The position numbers were made by a program, and so were the translations under genes. A stretch of 36,848 nt of DNA from Hydrogenophaga intermedia (GTDB lineage Bacteria; Pseudomonadota; Gammaproteobacteria; Burkholderiales; Burkholderiaceae_C). The notes below the pieces were generated by a model, which saw only the letters and a list, made by a program, of their open reading frames with translations, made no database searches and was not told the DNA's origin. Of this stretch, positions 30,036 through 36,848 are shown piece after piece. Positions within the stretch are counted from its first letter, which is position 1. Each line of letters opens with the position of its first letter. The stretch lies in contig CAMBOY010000001.1 in assembly GCA_945869245.1 (NCBI GenBank), forward strand, positions 1 to 36,848, given 5' to 3'.

Positions 30036-31205
30036 TCAAAAGCCCCACTGGCGCGCGGCCAGGTCTTTCATGATCTCTTCTGAGCCGCCGCCAATCATCA
30101 TCACCTTCACCTCGCGGTAAATGCGCTCGCTGGTGGTGCCTCGCATAAAACCCATGCCGCCCAATATCTGCACCGCCTGGTCAGCGCACAACTGCATGGC
30201 CTGGGAGGCCAGCACCTTGGCCATGGCAATGCGGCCCACCAAATCGGCCGCGTCGCCGTGGCTGTGGTGCAGGCGCCAGGCCAGCTCGTAAATCAGGCTG
30301 CGCGCCGCGTCGGTGCGGGCCACCATGTCGGCCAGCTTGTGGCGAATCACCTGGCGCTGCACCAGCGGCTCGCCAAAAGTGTGGCGCTGGCGCGCCCAGG
30401 CCAGCGCCTCTTCGCAGCACAGCTGCGCGTACACGCAGGCCTGCGCCGCCATGCCCAGCCGCTCGGCGTTGAAGTTGTGCATAAACACCTTAAAGCCCTG
30501 GCCCTCGGCCCCAATCAGGTGGCTGGCCGGCACCCGGCACTGGTCAAAGCGCAGGTGCGCCGTGTCTGACGCCCACCAGCCCATCTTGTGCAGCGCGTGG
30601 CGGCTCAGGCCCAGTGTGTCGGCCTCGATCAGCAGGGCCGAAATGCCGCCCGCGCCGCGCTGGGCCGGGTCGGTGCGCACCGCCACGGTGAAGAAATCGG
30701 CCCGCATGCCCGAGGTGATGAACGCCTTTTCACCGCTGACCAGGTAATGGTCGCCGTCGCGCACGGCGGTGGTCTTGAGCGCGGCCACGTCGCTGCCGCC
30801 ACCGGGCTCGGTCACCGCCAGCGCGGCGATGCGCTCGCCCGCTATCACCGGGGGCAGCACCTTGCGCTTGAGCCAGTCGCTGCCGTGGCGCGCAATCGGT
30901 GGCAGGCCAATGCTGTGCGACAGCAGCGACGCCACCACACCGCCACTGCCGCAGCGCGCCATTTCCTCCGACAAGATGATCTGGTGAAACACATCGCCCG
31001 GCGTGCCGCCATAGGCCTCGGGGTAGCCCAGGCCCAAGATGCCCAGCGCGGCGGCGCGCTGGTACAGATCGCGCGGAAAGCCCCCCGCCTCGTCCCACGC
31101 GGCCACATGGGGCGTGATCTCACGCGAGACAAAGTCGCGCAGCGCGTCGCGAAAAGCCTCGTGCTCGGGGCTGAAGCAGTGGGGCAGGGGCGGGGCGTTG
31201 AACAT
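30036..31205 (-). CDS. Acyl-CoA dehydrogenase
   Basis: ALAVTEPGGGSDVA, GEKAFITSG, KMGWWASDTA, FNAERL, QILGGMG, IGGGSEEIM. Confidence 0.92.
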   Translation of the reverse strand: MFNAPPLPHCFSPEHEAFRDALRDFVSREITPHVAAWDEAGGFPRDLYQRAAALGILGLGYPEAYGGTPGDVFHQIILSEEMARCGSGGVVASLLSHSIGLPPIARHGSDWLKRKVLPPVIAGERIAALAVTEPGGGSDVAALKTTAVRDGDHYLVSGEKAFITSGMRADFFTVAVRTDPAQRGAGGISALLIEADTLGLSRHALHKMGWWASDTAHLRFDQCRVPASHLIGAEGQGFKVFMHNFNAERLGMAAQACVYAQLCCEEALAWARQRHTFGEPLVQRQVIRHKLADMVARTDAARSLIYELAWRLHHSHGDAADLVGRIAMAKVLASQAMQLCADQAVQILGGMGFMRGTTSERIYREVKVMMIGGGSEEIMKDLAARQWGF

Positions 31206-31517
31206 GGGCGGCCTCACGGTTGGGTGCGGTTCATTCTAGGAACCGGGGGGCGGGAGGGCTTGCGTCAACTGGCCGGTGGTGGGGTTGCAGATGTGCGTAT
31301 GGCTGGGGCCAAAGATGGCAAAAAAGGTGATATTCACGCAGTGCAAGATCTGGCAGGATAGACGACTATGGGCCTACACTCGGGCGCAGGTGCAGTGGGG
31401 CTGCGATGCGGAGGTGGCGATACCACCTTGCCGGGTTTCTGGATGCTGTTGTCGCTGCCTTGATGTGACTACGATGCGCTAAATGATTGATTTCAAAAAG
31501 TTGTTTGGAGGGTTTAT

Positions 31518-31583
31518 GCGACTTTGTTTAGCGACCACGGTTGCGGGTATCCGGTGTTTGGTCGGATAAACCACAAGTTAACC
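31518..31583 (+). mobile_element. Integron attI site, class 3 (attI3)-like; crossover G/TT at 31577-31579
   Basis: gcgactttgtttagcgaccacggttgcgggtatccggtgtttggtcggataaaccacaaGTTaacc closely matches attI3 as recalled from memory (needs BLAST). gttaaccggca is complementary to tgccgcttaac at the end of cassette 1 with one mismatch, and no attC hairpin lies upstream. Confidence 0.75.
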
Positions 31584-31590
31584 GGCAGCC

Positions 31591-31956
31591 ATGGCAGCGT
31601 TCAAGCATCACAGCTATTTTCCAAAGGAAAAGGACATTCAAGGGCACTTGTTCCCCCATGTCTGCTTCAACTGCAAGAAATCCTTTAAGAAGCCACTCAG
31701 TGAATCGCCAAGGCTTTGCCCGCAGTGCGGGTGCGAAATGGTGAGGCTCAGTCGCAAATTTTCAGCGCCTGCCGCAGCCGACACTCTTCAATGGAAGAAG
31801 GTGCAATTCTTGGTGGAGCATGGCTTTCTATTTCAGTCTGTTTATGAACCAACGGAATCAGGGGGGTGGCAGAAGGCAAGCTATCCGGCGACATTTGAGC
31901 AGGCGAAAGAGTTTGTTGTTGCCTTTAAGTCGCAGGCGGTGAAAAGTGCCGCTTAA
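31591..31956 (+). CDS. Cassette 1: small Zn-ribbon-like hypothetical protein (121 aa)
   Basis: CFNCKKSFKK...CPQCG (two CxxC), then KFSAP...D..QWKKV; the stop codon TAA lies inside the R'' box gcttaac. Confidence 0.8.
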   Translation: MAAFKHHSYFPKEKDIQGHLFPHVCFNCKKSFKKPLSESPRLCPQCGCEMVRLSRKFSAPAAADTLQWKKVQFLVEHGFLFQSVYEPTESGGWQKASYPATFEQAKEFVVAFKSQAVKSAA

Positions 31957-32037
31957 CATTTCGGCCCATGCGGACACGCAGCAGCAAGTTACCGCTTCGC
32001 GGCGTTTGCTACGCGCCGTTGGCCTCCAACGTTGGGC
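31951..32037 (+). mobile_element. attC site 1 (87 bp)
   Basis: R'' gcttaac, imperfect palindrome centred on ccgc-ttc-gcgg, R' gttgggc. Confidence 0.85.
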
Positions 32038-32049
32038 ATCACAAATCAT

Positions 32050-32997
32050 ATGATCGATTTCACCGAACTTCCGATTGATGGCATTAAGTTTGAACAGCTT
32101 ATTCGCGAACTGCTCATTCGTTCTGGCTTTGAGGTTCACTGGACCGGTGTTGGCCCAGATGGAGGCAGGGATCTTGTTGTTATTGAACGAGCAGAAGGAT
32201 CGCTAGCTCCCTTTCAACGGAAGTGGCTTGTGAGCTGCAAGCACTACGCGAAGTCAGGCAAGTCTGTTGGCCTTGACGACGTTAAAGACATAAATGATGC
32301 GTGTGATGCAGTAGGCGCAAGCGGTTTTCTTCTTGCCTGCTCGACTCAGCCGTCATCGACTGTCGTACGCAGGTTTGAGGAGATTGAAGGCCGCGGGAAG
32401 CTTGTCGTTCGCTACTGGGATAGCGTGGAAATCGAAAAGCGCATAGCTGCTCCACAGACCTTTGCACTAAACCATCTGTTCTTTCCAGAAAGCTCGAAGG
32501 GTAATCCGTGGCAGATATATGCAACGCAATCCCCGTCCTTTTGGGCCGCCAACTACAAAGAGTATTTTTTATATCTCAGTTCTCGAACAGCGCACACTTT
32601 TCCAACACTTACCGATGTTGAAGCAATTGTTCGACGATTGGAAAGCATCAAGCTGCCCGAAGGCACCGATTGGAACCGACACTTTCTTCGGCCTCGCGCA
32701 GTTTACTTTGACAACAAGCACGAACAGTTTTCAGTTTTCGTTGACTACCTTTACCCCGAGAAACATGAGGCTAAAGCTCTTGGCCCAGCCGAGCTAAATG
32801 AGGTTCTCAAAGATGGCGAGGGTCTGTACTCGGATGGCGGAGTAATGTGGTACTTGACTCACTGGGATATACGGTATGTTCCATGCATGCAAATCAGCGA
32901 TCACTTCCATCTAGATCACAAGGACTACTACCAGCCATTTATGGATCGCTATCGGATAGGTTTTGCCCGCGATGAATTTTTGAGTGAGATGCTGTAG
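32050..32997 (+). CDS. Cassette 2: Mrr-like PD-(D/E)xK restriction-endonuclease domain plus unknown C-terminal domain (315 aa)
   Basis: FEQLIRELL...GFEV..TG.GPDGGRDL...KWLVSCKHYA..GKSVG typical of Mrr_cat-type domains. Confidence 0.8.
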   Translation: MIDFTELPIDGIKFEQLIRELLIRSGFEVHWTGVGPDGGRDLVVIERAEGSLAPFQRKWLVSCKHYAKSGKSVGLDDVKDINDACDAVGASGFLLACSTQPSSTVVRRFEEIEGRGKLVVRYWDSVEIEKRIAAPQTFALNHLFFPESSKGNPWQIYATQSPSFWAANYKEYFLYLSSRTAHTFPTLTDVEAIVRRLESIKLPEGTDWNRHFLRPRAVYFDNKHEQFSVFVDYLYPEKHEAKALGPAELNEVLKDGEGLYSDGGVMWYLTHWDIRYVPCMQISDHFHLDHKDYYQPFMDRYRIGFARDEFLSEML

Positions 32998-33017
32998 CCG
33001 AGGTTGTCTGAAATGGA

Positions 33018-33082
33018 GCCCAACTCTGCAGTCGAGCGACCTGCGCAAGAAGCCGCGCAGGCCGCTCGCTTCCACGTTAGCT
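33018..33082 (+). mobile_element. attC site 2 (65 bp)
   Basis: R'' gcccaac (complement of gttgggc at 32031), L'' agtcgagc / L' gctcgct with one extra-helical base, stem ctgcgc...gcgcag, R' gttagct. Confidence 0.9.
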
Positions 33083-33105
33083 CTCATCAGGACACCATAT
33101 CAATA

Positions 33106-33813
33106 ATGAAGCACAAATTTCTGATCGCCACGTTTGCCGTCGTATTGGCAACAGCCACCACTTTTGCCTTTGCGTTTCCTGTCCCAACGGCCTGCCTTCT
33201 CATTGGAGTAGCTGAGCTAAACAGGCTCTCCGATGGTTCTCTAACGGAAAGTGAATTGGAGGCCGATCAACAGCGGCAGCTGCAACTCACCCAAGATGCC
33301 CGCGCGCGAATCGAAAGCACCTTCGGCACAGCTGAATCGAAACCCATACTTGTGTTCTTCGATCAGCCCGACGGGTTTGGTCCGTTTAGGCTCAACGCCT
33401 ACGGTAGTACCCAATTCATCGGCAGCCGCGCCTGCGTCATGGTTGGACCTAAAGGGCAAAACGTTGATGTCGTTGCCCACGAACTCATGCACGCGGAAAT
33501 ACATTATCGCGTGGGTTACCTCAAGCGTTTCATGCAATTGCCCACTTGGTTTGATGAAGGAGTTGCGATGCAAGTGGATTATCGCCCTCGGTACTTGCTA
33601 TCGCCACAGGATGCGCAGAAAACTGCCTTTGTTCGCGACCTCACAACTTATTCAACTTTCTTCAAAGGCGACGATGAGGCACTGACTAGAAATTACGCTT
33701 CTGCTAAACATGAGGTCGCGACTTGGTTGTCAAAAGTCGGCCCCACATCCCTGTATTCACGCCTCCAACGCTTGAGAGATGGCCAGTCTTTTGCCGAGGT
33801 AATCGCCGAATGA
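33106..33813 (+). CDS. Cassette 3: exported gluzincin/peptidase MA-like zinc metalloprotein (235 aa)
   Basis: Signal-like hydrophobic N-terminus; DVVAHELMHAE...PTWFDEGVA (HExxH plus downstream E). Confidence 0.75.
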   Translation: MKHKFLIATFAVVLATATTFAFAFPVPTACLLIGVAELNRLSDGSLTESELEADQQRQLQLTQDARARIESTFGTAESKPILVFFDQPDGFGPFRLNAYGSTQFIGSRACVMVGPKGQNVDVVAHELMHAEIHYRVGYLKRFMQLPTWFDEGVAMQVDYRPRYLLSPQDAQKTAFVRDLTTYSTFFKGDDEALTRNYASAKHEVATWLSKVGPTSLYSRLQRLRDGQSFAEVIAE

Positions 33814-33814
33814 G

Positions 33815-33872
33815 AGCTAACCATTCATTCCACCGGACCGCCTTCGGCGGCCGCTGAATTCAAACGGTGGCC
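33815..33872 (+). mobile_element. attC site 3 (58 bp) with mutated R' core (GGTGGCC instead of GTTAGCC)
   Basis: gagagctaac is the perfect complement of gttagctctc at 33076; attcca / tgaat L boxes, centre ccgcc-ttc-ggcgg; R' position reads ggtggcc. Confidence 0.8.
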
Positions 33873-33875
33873 GTC

Positions 33876-35126
33876 ATGAGCGAATCCGAGCAACCATCCA
33901 GCGCGCCAACGACGGAAGCACCGCTGCCGGTCTTGGTTCAGACTGCCCGCAAAGCGGCCCTCAAAGCATTGGGCGAGCTTGGAGCTGCGGGTTCTCCGTT
34001 ATCCGGTAACGAACCGCGAGCCCTGATGCTCTCGTCCCGCACAGATGGTGGGCGCAGCCTCCCACCCTACTATCTCGTCTACTTCCTCTTAGTTGATCTC
34101 CTTGAGTTTCCCCACATGGGGCAGTGGGAAAAGAGCGCGTGGACTGTCCCTGTCAGATATCGAGGTCGGCTCTATGGGGTTGAACATCGAAAGATGGGGC
34201 TTGGCGTGTTCGCGCCGAGCCTCGACCCAAAGGCGCGCATGAGCGGAAGGCCGACTTCGGAACAAGAAGCAGATGCGAAAGAGATTACCGCCCTAATAAC
34301 CAAAGCCGTATCGGTTGCAGCTCCATACTTCGAATGGCGCGCAGAACAGGCGGCTCTGGGTACACAACTCAATGTCTTGAACAAGGGCTCATCGCTCTTT
34401 GAACGTTTCGAATACTTCCGTGATCGCTTTAGGACGCTCAGCGCGGAGGCAGAAGCTCGGAAGGACGAGCGACATATCACTAAGGTGAAGCTTGAGGACG
34501 GCTCGGAAGTAACCAGCGGCTCGTTCCCTTCTTACACCCTTCTTAGGGAAGCAGAGTGGAATGCCCAGGCGGCTCTCGAAGCCTTCTTCAGTTGGACGGA
34601 GCATGTGTTTATCCACCTTGCCATCCTTCGAGGAACCGTTCGCACCGGGGATGAAGTCGCACGACTGGCTGAGGCGGATTGGAAAGCAAAATTTAAGGCG
34701 GCCCTAGACCTGAATGAGAAGAAAACGAAGGATCACTATGACGCCTTGCTGGACCTGCGGGCTCAGATTCGCAACTTCATGGCCCATGGATCATTTGGCA
34801 AACGCGGCGAAGCATTTCGCTTTCATTCGGGCGCTGGGGCCGTGCCCGTGCTCCTCACGGACGATCAGCGACATAGGTACTCGCTAACGGGCAAGCCGGC
34901 CTTCGACGAGCGGTGGGCGATCACCGAGATCGAAGAATTCATCGGACACCTCTGGTCGGGGTCACGCGCACCGGCCAAGCAGCACGTTCACAGCGATCTT
35001 CCCACCATTCTCTCGCTCGCGGACGATGGCACATACAAGCGTGCAATGAGTTCTGAGGAGTCGATGAGGGAGTTCGTAGAGCATATGACGCATGCGTTCG
35101 ATAATGCTGCAAACATGGACTGGTAA
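33876..35126 (+). CDS. Cassette 4: hypothetical protein with HEPN-like RNxxAH motif (416 aa)
   Basis: Helical C-terminal half with AALEAFFSWTEHVF and LLDLRAQIRNFMAHG (Rx4H). Confidence 0.7.
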   Translation: MSESEQPSSAPTTEAPLPVLVQTARKAALKALGELGAAGSPLSGNEPRALMLSSRTDGGRSLPPYYLVYFLLVDLLEFPHMGQWEKSAWTVPVRYRGRLYGVEHRKMGLGVFAPSLDPKARMSGRPTSEQEADAKEITALITKAVSVAAPYFEWRAEQAALGTQLNVLNKGSSLFERFEYFRDRFRTLSAEAEARKDERHITKVKLEDGSEVTSGSFPSYTLLREAEWNAQAALEAFFSWTEHVFIHLAILRGTVRTGDEVARLAEADWKAKFKAALDLNEKKTKDHYDALLDLRAQIRNFMAHGSFGKRGEAFRFHSGAGAVPVLLTDDQRHRYSLTGKPAFDERWAITEIEEFIGHLWSGSRAPAKQHVHSDLPTILSLADDGTYKRAMSSEESMREFVEHMTHAFDNAANMDW

Positions 35127-35148
35127 CTCAGTGTGCGTCCGACATGAC

Positions 35149-35219
35149 GGCTAACCAGGTGTTCCAGCCGACCGTCCTCGCCTCGCTTTGCTCGGCTCGG
35201 CCGGCGGCTGAACACCGGC
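35149..35219 (+). mobile_element. attC site 4, truncated just before the R' box
   Basis: R'' ggctaac, L'' gttccagc / L' gctgaac, spacer accggc, then tacaagg in place of GTTRRRY. Confidence 0.85.
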
Positions 35220-35290
35220 TACAAGGACTTCCCCCAAAAAGTCAAATGCTTGCCCAACCGTGATGCATCGCAAAGCGATGGATCACGGAA
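35220..35290 (-). mobile_element. Probable right-end remnant of an attC-targeting IS1111 (IS110 family) element; no transposase
   Basis: Minus strand reads TTGACT-TTTTGGGGGAAGTCCTTGTA (outward -35 plus sub-terminal-IR-like end) abutting the attC; hairpin ccgtgatgcatcgc-aaa-gcgatggatcacgg follows. Far boundary unknown. Confidence 0.6.
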
Positions 35291-35488
35291 ACCGTTCCGA
35301 ATTGTTTGACTCAATCTCCACCTTCAGCGCCAGCCTTGCGTTGGCTCTTCGGTAATCCCCCCGAAATGCATCAGGCTGAGAAGCAAATTCCAGTGGCCAT
35401 CGTGGACGCGTGATCTACCGTCCCTCAGCCACAAACCACAAGCCCCATCCCCCGCCCCCGTTTAAGCTCCCCCCACAAGGAGACAAGC

Positions 35489-36848
35489 ATGGCGCAGCAA
35501 GATCACACACGCCCGGGCAAGGTGGTGCGCATTGGCGGGGCATCGGGCTTTTGGGGCGATAGCGTGGTGGGCCCGGTGCAGCTGGTGCACAGCGGGCAGA
35601 TCGACTACCTGGTGTTCGACTATCTGGCCGAAACCACCATGGCGCTGCTGACGGCGTCGCGCGCCAAGCGGCCCGAGCTGGGCTACGCCACCGACTTTGT
35701 GGACAGCGCGCTGCCGGCGGTGCTGCCGGCGCTGATGCGCCAGGGCATCAAGGTGGTGGCCAACGCGGGCGGCATCCACCCGCAGGGCTGTGCGGCGGCG
35801 GTGCAGGCGCTGGCCGCGTCCATGGCCGACCAGCTGCCGCGCCTGCCCCGGGTGGCGGTGGTGCTGGGCGACGACGTGTTGCCGCAGCTGCCCGCGCTGC
35901 GCGCCGCCGGTGTGCGCAGCCAAGGCCAGGGTGCGACGCTGCCCGAGCGGCTGGCCAGCGCCAATGCGTATTTGGGCGCGCGCGCGGTGGCGCAGGCGCT
36001 GGCGCAGGGGGCCGACATCGTCATCACCGGGCGGGTGGTGGACAGCGCGGTGACGCTGGGGCCGCTGATGCACGAATTTGGCTGGGCCGACACCGACTGG
36101 GACCGCCTGGCCGGTGGCAGCTTGGCGGGCCACATCATCGAATGCGGCTGCCAGGCCACGGGCGGCCTGCACACCGACTGGGAGGCAGTGCCCGACTGGC
36201 CCCACATGGGCTACCCGGTGGTGCACTGCGCGGCGGATGGCAGCTTTGTGCTGACCAAGCCCAAGGGCACTGGCGGCCTGGTGCACCCGGCGGCGGTGGC
36301 AGAACAGCTGCTGTACGAAATTGGCGACCCCGGCGCCTATCAGCTGCCCGATGTGTGTTGCGACTTTCGCGCGGTGCGCGTGCAGGCGCTGGGCGCCGAC
36401 CAGGTGCGCGTGAGCGGCGCGCGCGGCCGCCCACCCGGCCCGCAGCTGAAGGTGAGCGCCACCGAGCTGCTGGGCCACCGCTGCGCCGGCATGCTGGTGG
36501 TGGTGGGCGAAGACGCCGCCGCCAAGGCCCGCCGCACCGGCGACGCCATCTTGGCCCGCAGCCGTGAGCTGCTGGCCGCGCGCGGCCTGCCGCCGTTCAC
36601 CCACACCGCCGTGCAGGTGCTGGGCGACGAATCGCTGTACGGCCCGCACAGCCGCGCCCGCGCCGCGCGCGAGGTGCTGCTGCGTGTGGTGGCCGACCAC
36701 CCCGACAAACGCGCGCTGGAGAACTTTGCCCGCGAGATTGCGCCAGCCGGCACATCGTGGGCGCCGGGCACCACCGGCCCGGGGCTGGGCCGGCCCAGCC
36801 CGTCGCCGCTGATTGGGCCGCTGGCGTTTTTGATCGACAAGGCGCAGG
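35489..36848 (+). CDS. atuA: Acyclic terpene utilization AtuA family protein (DUF1446), 3' end runs off the window
   Basis: Not in the ORF track; translated manually from RBS aaggag and ATG 35489: MAQQDHTRPGKVVRIGGASGFWGDS...DYLVFDYLAETTM...GYATDF...NAGG..P...SANAYLGA...GADIVITGRVVDSA...GHIIECG...EQLLYEIGDP. Confidence 0.88.
   Translation, partial: MAQQDHTRPGKVVRIGGASGFWGDSVVGPVQLVHSGQIDYLVFDYLAETTMALLTASRAKRPELGYATDFVDSALPAVLPALMRQGIKVVANAGGIHPQGCAAAVQALAASMADQLPRLPRVAVVLGDDVLPQLPALRAAGVRSQGQGATLPERLASANAYLGARAVAQALAQGADIVITGRVVDSAVTLGPLMHEFGWADTDWDRLAGGSLAGHIIECGCQATGGLHTDWEAVPDWPHMGYPVVHCAADGSFVLTKPKGTGGLVHPAAVAEQLLYEIGDPGAYQLPDVCCDFRAVRVQALGADQVRVSGARGRPPGPQLKVSATELLGHRCAGMLVVVGEDAAAKARRTGDAILARSRELLAARGLPPFTHTAVQVLGDESLYGPHSRARAAREVLLRVVADHPDKRALENFAREIAPAGTSWAPGTTGPGLGRPSPSPLIGPLAFLIDKAQ

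Larger units (their letters stand above)
31518..35219 (+). mobile_element. Integron gene-cassette array (four cassettes) with no adjacent intI
   Basis: Four co-oriented lower-GC ORFs, each followed by an imperfect palindrome starting RYYYAAC; each R'' is complementary to the core site at the start of its own cassette. Confidence 0.9.

Noticed and set aside
31350-31482. Candidate cassette promoter hexamers (TACACT at 31375-31380, TACGAT at 31470-31475)
   Set aside because: No convincing -35 element at 16-18 bp spacing, so it cannot be supported by eye.
31240-31517. Possible intI remnant, or the 68-aa ORF at 31276-31482, upstream of attI
   Set aside because: I found no integrase motifs (e.g. 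HTLRHSFATH, SPLD) and no LexA-like CTGT-N8-ACAG box on either strand; the ORF has no RBS or recognisable content.
31951-35219. CRISPR or tandem-repeat interpretation of the recurring palindromes
   Set aside because: The palindromes differ in sequence and length and are separated by whole genes; they fit attC architecture, and there are no cas genes.

Overview
GC-rich betaproteobacterial chromosomal window; Comamonadaceae-like is inferred from gene content and repeat style. From 1 to 31.2 kb it is mostly metabolism and transport: an aminopeptidase, a molybdopterin oxidoreductase, M20 and M14-like hydrolases, an ATM1-like ABC exporter, a Liv-type ABC operon containing an acyl-CoA ligase, an OmpA-domain protein, katG, and a dispersed acyclic-terpene (atu)-like cluster (atuD-, atuF-, atuC-like genes, a second acyl-CoA dehydrogenase, atuA). 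The standout feature is a lower-GC island at about 31.5-35.4 kb. It is an integron cassette array with a class-3-like attI site and four attC-flanked cassettes, but no adjacent intI gene. The cassettes encode a Zn-ribbon protein, an Mrr-like PD-(D/E)xK nuclease with an unknown C-terminal domain, a secreted HExxH peptidase-like protein and an RNxxAH (HEPN-like) protein, so two of them are candidate new anti-phage genes. One attC crossover site is mutated, and the last attC is cut by what looks like the right end of an attC-targeting IS1111/IS110 element. Other points of note: a palindromic repeat inserted in-frame in the biotin carboxylase gene, two related intergenic structured repeats with compensatory base changes, and a 48-aa membrane-anchored ORF missing from the ORF track. 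All calls come from reading motifs by eye; no database searches were run.
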